This document shows positions 58,558 to 64,000 of a stretch of 64,000 nt of DNA, piece after piece. Each line of letters starts with the position of its first letter. The stretch's first letter is position 1. The stretch is from Candidatus Hydrogenedentota bacterium (GTDB lineage: Bacteria; Hydrogenedentota; Hydrogenedentia; Hydrogenedentales; SLHB01). The notes beneath the pieces are model-generated. The model had not been told where the DNA came from. It did not search any database and was given only the letters and a program-made list of their open reading frames with translations. Location of the stretch: the NCBI GenBank assembly GCA_013359265.1, contig JABWCD010000015.1, positions 40,329 through 104,328 on the forward strand. Direction: 5' to 3'. The translations under genes and the position numbers were made by a program.

Positions 58558-59001
58558 CTAACCTTGCTGGCCAAAGAAATACCGATCGGAAATGCGCGCG
58601 ATTCTATCAAAGTCTTCTTCGGTCAGATGACGAGCAGCAGTACCTTCGCAAACGTAGAAATCAGTTGTAGCGACAGTCTTGAAATAGCGTTTCGCGTCTT
58701 TGTCTCGAACATTCCTGATATTGACGTGGCATTTGTCACCGGTTGGACTCGGGACGTATTCCAACGTGCATTCGAATGGAAGATTATCGGTATCGAAGGA
58801 CCAAAAGACGATCAGACTGCCTGCAACGCTCGTGTAAAACTTGGAGACGTGTTCGCAGACTGTATGTCCCAATTGTCGTATGCAAACTTCATCCACGACC
58901 GATATACCACCATCTTTTCCAGACGATTGGAAGGCAGGACTTGTGAAGCGACGCCCCCTTCTGTCGAAATGTATGGCTTGGAGAAGTCGAATGACTCGCA
59001 T
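58558..59001 (-). CDS. Hypothetical protein (147 aa). Overlaps the upstream ORF by 190 nt in another frame: possible frameshifted continuation or internal start.
   Basis: Non-Arg-biased, protein-like composition (…VPSPTGDKCHVNIRNVRDKDAKRYFKTVATTDFYVCEG…). Confidence 0.35.
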   Translation of the reverse strand: MRVIRLLQAIHFDRRGRRFTSPAFQSSGKDGGISVVDEVCIRQLGHTVCEHVSKFYTSVAGSLIVFWSFDTDNLPFECTLEYVPSPTGDKCHVNIRNVRDKDAKRYFKTVATTDFYVCEGTAARHLTEEDFDRIARISDRYFFGQQG

Positions 59002-59396
59002 AGATCCTTTCTCAGTTCCTGAATCTTGCTTGTGGACGCATCAAGTGTCAGATCGTCCTCTGATTCTATCTCAGCGTCTTCCACTTCATGGACATAATCT
59101 ATGCATCGCTCGTTTCTAACCGTAAACTCCAAACAATGTAGACCCTGATAGATCCTTATTAGAACGTCGCCTTGCATGCCAGGAAAGGCATCCGATTCGA
59201 GAAATCCGTGTTTGCGCGCGTGAAGGACGAGAGACTTAGCAGTATTAATCACAGAATCTTCGAACCGCAGGCCATCACCAAACGACCACCCTTCGCCCAG
59301 TCTTGAAAACGTCTCGATCTTTCGTACGGCGAGCGGTCGCGGATCTATCTGCGGTTGAGTTGGCGGAAGACAAGGCATCGTTGAGTAGCCGTTCAT
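58812..59396 (-). CDS. Hypothetical protein (194 aa), ATGA-coupled to the DUF3467 gene
   Basis: Start codon overlaps the DUF3467 stop (ATGA). Acidic and mixed composition; no recognisable family. Confidence 0.5.
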   Translation of the reverse strand: MNGYSTMPCLPPTQPQIDPRPLAVRKIETFSRLGEGWSFGDGLRFEDSVINTAKSLVLHARKHGFLESDAFPGMQGDVLIRIYQGLHCLEFTVRNERCIDYVHEVEDAEIESEDDLTLDASTSKIQELRKDLCESFDFSKPYISTEGGVASQVLPSNRLEKMVVYRSWMKFAYDNWDIQSANTSPSFTRALQAV

Positions 59397-59692
59397 TTCC
59401 GACTTTTTTCCAAGCTGTTATTGATGTCGTCTGTTGTCATGATCGTGTTACCGGTCAAAGCTTCGAGATTGGCGATGAGCTCATTCAACTTCTGTGACAA
59501 ACTTTTCGCTGCCGTAAACGACAAATTCAAAACAGCGGCGGGTGGGCCGTTCCGCTGCAGCACCACAACAATATCGCCGGATCCGAGCGCGTTTGTAAAT
59601 CCGTTGGCGTATATGTGGGGAATCGTGCCCTTTTGTGCCTCTTCGATGGCGTTTGCGACCACCTCTCCGAGCCCTGCCTGCTGATTCTGCAT
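59393..59692 (-). CDS. DUF3467-family small protein (99 aa)
   Basis: IPHIYANGFTNALGSGDIVVVLQRNG contains the conserved YAN block of DUF3467 proteins. Confidence 0.55.
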   Translation of the reverse strand: MQNQQAGLGEVVANAIEEAQKGTIPHIYANGFTNALGSGDIVVVLQRNGPPAAVLNLSFTAAKSLSQKLNELIANLEALTGNTIMTTDDINNSLEKSRK

Positions 59693-59797
59693 CTAACTTG
59701 TATCTCCGCTGGACGCCCTAATCATGTCACCATAAGATGATAGCGGAATCGCCTCGTTCCAAACAAAGCTTGTTTAACCCCAAAAGGTTGCGTCATT

Positions 59798-60286
59798 TCA
59801 AACTTTACCGCGAGACAACAGCGCGCTGACTACCGCGCCGAAGCCACGAAATAGCACGCCAATCGAAAAAACTTGCCCGATGACGGGCGCCATAAATGCC
59901 GCTTCCATGGTGATGCCGCCGTAGATAATCGTTTGTGTCGCCGACCAGTTGCGTTCGCCGCGCAGCCGTTGACCGATGTCGTTGTACGCGATCATGTAGC
60001 CCGTCAACGCCGCGGCCGCCGTTGCGAGCAGAATCACGATTCCCAGTACGCCCAGCGGTTTGAGCTGCGCGTTTGTAAGCGCGGTGAACAGAAAGAAAAG
60101 CAGGAGGCCGTTGACCACCCCCAACACAAACGAGCGCTTTCCGCGCGTCTGGTAAACGTTCAATGCCCGGGCGGTGAACGCCGGCGCGGACTTGTCGAGC
60201 CAAACGCTCATCGCGACACACCCGGCCTTTACGGCGAGCAGCCCGAGCAGCGCCGCCATGAAACCAAGGGCTTTCTCCGGGGTCAT
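59798..60286 (-). CDS. Small integral membrane protein (4 TM)
   Basis: The start is taken at the internal ATG (MTPEKALGFMAALLGLLAV). The listed 223-aa ORF has an Arg/Cys-rich N-terminal artefact. Lies 1 nt downstream of the anti-sigma gene. Confidence 0.5.
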   Translation of the reverse strand: MTPEKALGFMAALLGLLAVKAGCVAMSVWLDKSAPAFTARALNVYQTRGKRSFVLGVVNGLLLFFLFTALTNAQLKPLGVLGIVILLATAAAALTGYMIAYNDIGQRLRGERNWSATQTIIYGGITMEAAFMAPVIGQVFSIGVLFRGFGAVVSALLSRGKV

Positions 60287-60287
60287 C

Positions 60288-60866
60288 CTACGCTCTCCAC
60301 TTTCGGTTGCGCACGGGTTCGCCGGCCGCGAGGCGCAGACGATACGCTTCGGCGCCGTTGAGGCACACCAGCAGCACGACAGCCGCCGCGGCGACCGCCC
60401 AGAGTAACGGCGACGAGACTGACGCGAACACGGCAGTGAAGTCGCTCCAGTACCGCTGCACCGCCGCAACGTCTTCCGTGATTGACATCTCGCGCAGCAG
60501 CCAATCCGGCGTGGCGGCGGTTTGGTTCGCGTAGTCCCACCACAGGTACGGGTCCGTGGGCACAGCGTAATACACGGTCAAACCGACGAGTAACGCACAT
60601 GCGGCAACCGCGGCCGCGGGCAGCCACCAGCGGGCGTCGTTTGCGTACGAGGGTTCCGCGGCCAGACGCATTTTTACGCGTTGCTTGAGCGCATTGCGCG
60701 GGACTTCGAGCGGCATCGCGGCAAGTGATGCGGCAATTGACCACAAGGTATCGCGATACACGGCACATTCGGCGCACGTTGAAGCGTGGCCGCCGTCTGG
60801 AGGTCCCGCACCCGCATCGAACGCCTCGCGCAATTGCGCGCGGTATATGCCGCACTCGTTCGTCAT
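60288..60866 (-). CDS. Anti-sigma factor, zf-HC2 type with one TM helix
   Basis: CGIYRAQL...H-x3-C-x2-C zinc-finger-like N-terminus. Central TM (WWLPAAAVAACALLVGLTVYYAV). 4-nt overlap with the sigma factor gene. Confidence 0.7.
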   Translation of the reverse strand: MTNECGIYRAQLREAFDAGAGPPDGGHASTCAECAVYRDTLWSIAASLAAMPLEVPRNALKQRVKMRLAAEPSYANDARWWLPAAAVAACALLVGLTVYYAVPTDPYLWWDYANQTAATPDWLLREMSITEDVAAVQRYWSDFTAVFASVSSPLLWAVAAAAVVLLVCLNGAEAYRLRLAAGEPVRNRKWRA

Positions 60867-61567
60867 GTCTCTTTATCCAATAATTCGCGCAGGCGCTTGC
60901 GGGCGCGGTGCAACGCGACTTTCGCCGCTTCTTCGTTCATGTTCAGCGTGTCCGCCGCCTCGCGAATCGTCATTCCTTCCATGTAGTGCAGGTGTACGAG
61001 CGCGGCCGGCTGCGCGGGCAACAGGCTGACCGCGCGCGCCAGACGGTCGGACAACTCGCCGCGCGCCGCGAGGTCCCGCGCGTCTTCCGCTTGCGTATGG
61101 ACTGCGTCCATAACGTCATCGAAGTCGAGCGCAATACCGCATCCCCGCCGCTGCCGCGATCGAATTGCGTTCAGCGCAAGGTTCGTTGCGATCGTATACA
61201 ACCAGTTGCGAAACGGGCGCGCGCGGTCAAAACTTCCGAGATTTCGGTACGCCCGGAGAAACGTTTCCTGGACGACGTCCTCGGCTTCCTCGCGGTTTCG
61301 CGTCATGCGATACACGTGCGTATAGATGCGCGCGGTGTAGGCATCGACGAGCGCGTCGAACGCGCCGCGCTCGCCGGACAGCACGCGCGCGACGCATTCG
61401 GCTTCCCATGCGGCACCGGCACTCTGGCCCTGGGTCTCCCCCGCCACCGCGTTCTCCTGTTGACGCACGTGCGCAAGCACACGGCCAGGCCAGCGCGATG
61501 CGGCGCGGCCGCGCGGGCCATTGTCGGGCCAGCGCACAAACGCGGTCAACCACGCGGTGTCAGGCAT
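60863..61567 (-). CDS. ECF-type RNA polymerase sigma factor (sigma-70 family, sigma-24-like)
   Basis: Region 2 (EDVVQETFLRAYRNL...FRNWLYTIATN) and region 4 (LHYMEGMTIREAADTLNMNEEAAKVALHRARKRLRE). The start is uncertain (ATG 61567; the listed ORF extends to 61831). Confidence 0.8.
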   Translation of the reverse strand: MPDTAWLTAFVRWPDNGPRGRAASRWPGRVLAHVRQQENAVAGETQGQSAGAAWEAECVARVLSGERGAFDALVDAYTARIYTHVYRMTRNREEAEDVVQETFLRAYRNLGSFDRARPFRNWLYTIATNLALNAIRSRQRRGCGIALDFDDVMDAVHTQAEDARDLAARGELSDRLARAVSLLPAQPAALVHLHYMEGMTIREAADTLNMNEEAAKVALHRARKRLRELLDKET

Positions 61568-62681
61568 AGATCCCCAACGGGAGCACGGCGTAGTCCGGAA
61601 ATACGCGCGAGAAATCCGACATGCCGCTGTGCCGCGCGAGAATGGGCGCAAGCACGTCGCGGTAGTTGTTCTGCACCGGCAAATCGCCGGGGGCTTCGAG
61701 TTTGTCCATAGCGAGACCTTTCCAGTCGCAGTATACCTTGCCGCCGCGCGCGCCGCCCCCCATGACGAACATGACGCTGGCGCGGCCGTGGTCGGTGCCG
61801 AGCGACGCGTTTTCGTACACGCGGCGGCCAAATTCGGTCATCACGACGAGTGTGGTATTGCGCATCGCACCGTTCAGGTCGGCGTGGAACGCGGCCATGC
61901 CTTCGGCCAACTGCTTCATGAGGGGGTCCATCAAGGCGCCCGACGCGAAATGCGAATCCCACCCGCCGAGATCAAGACAGGCCGCTTCCAATCCGACATT
62001 CGCTTTCAGCATTTGCGCGATGCGGCAGAGTCCATCGCCAAGTTGGCCCTGGGGATAGTTTGCGCCGTTGCTTGGCGTGTAACTCTTCTCGTCGAGTTGC
62101 GTGATCTTTCCGAGCGCGGCGAGTGTCGAGCGCGCGGCGACGCCGAGCGCGTCCGTTTCGGGTGCGTAGAGGCGTTCGAGCGCGGACATCGCGGCGGGCG
62201 CGCGTTCGCCGAGCGCGAAATCTGCGAAGGATTCCATGACGACCGTCGCGGGAGCGCCGCGCAAGGCCTCCGGGGCGGCACTGCCGATGGCAACGGCTGC
62301 CAGTGGGCCGCCGGGGCCGTTTGGGCGGTAGCGCAAATACCGTCCAAGCCAGCCGCCGCCACCGGTACCGCCATGCTCCATCGAGTCCTGCGCTTCGAAG
62401 TGCGAGCGGGTCTGGTCCTCGGAGCCGGCGCAATGAACGATGGCGAGGTCGCCGGCGCGGTAGAGATCGGCGAGCGGCGCGAGCTGCGGATTGAGCGCGA
62501 AGGTCCCGTCGAGGGGTGCAGTCGATTGTTTGGATATGCCGACTAACGGACGCGCGTTGTAGTACGCATCGTCCTCGACTGGCACGACCATGTTGAGGCC
62601 GTCCGCGCCGCCGCGGAGAAAGATGACGACGAGGGCGTTCTTCGAGTCGCCGTTTCCGTTGATGAAGCCTGTGTTTTGCAT
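61560..62681 (-). CDS. DUF1501 domain protein (sulfatase-like fold)
   Basis: LVVIFLRGGADGLNMVVP N-terminal hallmark. 373 aa. Overlaps the sigma factor gene start by a few nt. Confidence 0.8.
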   Translation of the reverse strand: MQNTGFINGNGDSKNALVVIFLRGGADGLNMVVPVEDDAYYNARPLVGISKQSTAPLDGTFALNPQLAPLADLYRAGDLAIVHCAGSEDQTRSHFEAQDSMEHGGTGGGGWLGRYLRYRPNGPGGPLAAVAIGSAAPEALRGAPATVVMESFADFALGERAPAAMSALERLYAPETDALGVAARSTLAALGKITQLDEKSYTPSNGANYPQGQLGDGLCRIAQMLKANVGLEAACLDLGGWDSHFASGALMDPLMKQLAEGMAAFHADLNGAMRNTTLVVMTEFGRRVYENASLGTDHGRASVMFVMGGGARGGKVYCDWKGLAMDKLEAPGDLPVQNNYRDVLAPILARHSGMSDFSRVFPDYAVLPLGIYA

Positions 62682-62846
62682 GGTTAGGAGTCCAAGCCGA
62701 TGGGGGTTGCGGGAGGAATGGGAGCTATGGGAAGAATGGGAGCAATGAGACGAACAGGAGATGCAGATGTACGTCGGCGAAATTGCGAGGATTCTCCCAG
62801 GGCTCTCATGGTTCGCATTCCTTCCATGGGTGTCATCAATCTCATT

Positions 62847-64000
62847 CTAAAACCGTTGGAACGCGGGGGACGCGATCATGAAGACTGGGCCGGCGGCGGA
62901 TTGTGCGCAGCATTCGTTTTCCAGCGGCGTCGCGCTGCGACCGAGCAAATGGGCCACCAGCATCTGCTCGCTGCCCGCGCATTCGTCCAGTTTTTTCCAG
63001 TCGACCCGCGTGCCTGCGATTCGGTCCTGCGCGAGCGCGGCGGTAAAGTGCCAACGCCACAACATCGATCCCATCCAATGCTCGGCTTCCTCGGGGTACC
63101 CGTCGGGAGTCGGATACTGGAACGGCGTGTGACCCATGCGCAGCAGGTATTGATACAGCGCTTCGTTCGGATCGCATTCCGCCGCCGTAGCGCGCAGCGC
63201 CGACGCGATGAAGCGGAACGGGCGTTTGAACTTCGCGTCCTTCGACGAGCGAAACGCTTCCGTGGCGAACAGCGCGCGCAGGGTCGTCTTGACGTCGCCT
63301 TCCGATTCCGCGAATGCGTTCGCGACGGCGTCCACCGCGGGTTGCGGCGGTGAGTCGGCGATAAACCGGCGGCACAGTTTCCACGCGAGGTACTGCGCGG
63401 TTGAGGGGTGGGCCGTGACGATCTCGATGACGCGGTCGATGTCCTGTTCGCCCAGTCCGGCGGGTATTGTTTGTCCCAAGACCGACTTCTCGCCGTCGTC
63501 GTGCCAGTGCTTGCGGAATTCGACACGGCCCTTGAAGAACCGTTGCTCCGAGCGCACGGTCCACCCGGTCAGGCATCGCGCGACTTCCATCACGTCGCGC
63601 TGTGTGTAGCCGCCGTGTACGCCGAGCGTGTGCAATTCGAGCAGTTCACGCGCGTAGTTCTCGTTTGGTTTCTCCTCCGGATTGGTCTTGCGGTTCACGC
63701 GTCCGTCGAGGTACCAGAGCATGGCGGGACTCAGCGCCGACGCGCGGACCATGTCCTTGAAATTGCCCAGTGCGTGCTTGCGGATGACGTCGCGGTCATC
63801 CGCGGTCTTCAACCACGCGCAGTCGCCTTTCGATTGCGCGATGTTGAAGTGATCAGTCCAAAACTCGACCATCACCTCGTACAGTTGCCGCTTGCTGTAA
63901 ATGGCGCGCTGCATCGACGCGCGGGTCAGTTCGCGCAACAGCAGGTCCTGTTTGTATTCGAACAACTCGCCCAGCGGCGCGGCGACCGTTTCGTTGCGGC
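62847..64000 (-). CDS. DUF1800 domain protein, 5'-partial (N-terminus beyond window end)
   Basis: FWTDHFNI and HTLGVHGGYTQRDV motifs. The frame stays open to the window edge upstream of the listed TTG start. Canonical DUF1800-DUF1501 pair. Confidence 0.75.
   Translation of the reverse strand, partial: RNETVAAPLGELFEYKQDLLLRELTRASMQRAIYSKRQLYEVMVEFWTDHFNIAQSKGDCAWLKTADDRDVIRKHALGNFKDMVRASALSPAMLWYLDGRVNRKTNPEEKPNENYARELLELHTLGVHGGYTQRDVMEVARCLTGWTVRSEQRFFKGRVEFRKHWHDDGEKSVLGQTIPAGLGEQDIDRVIEIVTAHPSTAQYLAWKLCRRFIADSPPQPAVDAVANAFAESEGDVKTTLRALFATEAFRSSKDAKFKRPFRFIASALRATAAECDPNEALYQYLLRMGHTPFQYPTPDGYPEEAEHWMGSMLWRWHFTAALAQDRIAGTRVDWKKLDECAGSEQMLVAHLLGRSATPLENECCAQSAAGPVFMIASPAFQRF

Larger units (their letters stand above)
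58505..59797. other. Low-GC (~49% vs ~65% background) genomic islet carrying three tightly packed minus-strand ORFs
   Basis: The compositional shift is visible directly (AT-rich runs, few CGCG). Boundaries are approximate. Confidence 0.55.

Noticed and set aside
58426-59022. 198-aa + strand ORF inside the low-GC islet
   Set aside because: Overlaps the 57683 gene end. The minus strand carries three coupled ORFs, including a recognisable DUF3467 family member with an ATGA junction, so the minus strand is preferred.

Overview
This is a 64 kb, high-GC (~65%) bacterial chromosomal window, densely coding on both strands. Gene content points, by inference, to a Planctomycetota-like (PVC superphylum) genome. 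It includes a DUF1800/DUF1501 pair, a PVC-type CxxCH heme-binding dehydrogenase-domain protein, DUF1080, DUF2723, ECF sigma/anti-sigma, and many secreted hydrolases.

Housekeeping genes are clear: pgsA-der (1-nt overlap), plsY, lepB, ruvC-yebC, an FtsX/MacB permease, and a GT4 glycosyltransferase + Wzx flippase pair.

A long minus-strand gene (GH42-like glycosidase, ~1235 codons in-window, runs off the 5' edge of the window) is absent from the supplied ORF track but is open in frame over 1..3706.

The most unusual loci are:
(i) a circularly-permuted ATP-grasp (type 2) + alpha-E domain pair lacking the usual transglutaminase partner. It is flanked by a DapA-family aldolase, a mono-cluster ferredoxin, a lipoprotein esterase and a GT1 glycosyltransferase.
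(ii) a four-gene operon: a 1079-aa TM/TPR protein carrying ~7 tandem FliM-N-like 'LSQxEIDAxL' motifs, a small helical protein, a PAS histidine kinase and a sigma-54 NtrC-type regulator.
(iii) a ~1.3 kb low-GC (~49%) islet with three tightly coupled minus-strand ORFs (DUF3467 + two unknowns with a 190-nt frame overlap).
(iv) heptad-repeat inverted arms flanking ~135 bp between der and plsY.
(v) a thermolysin-like M4 protease with a C-terminal dockerin module.
(vi) a PlsC-like acyltransferase fused to an alpha/beta hydrolase.
(vii) a periplasmic-SBP/GAF/PAS/PP2C sensor phosphatase.

No rRNA, tRNA or CRISPR array was recognised by eye. All product calls rest on motif recognition from the translations; no database searches were run.
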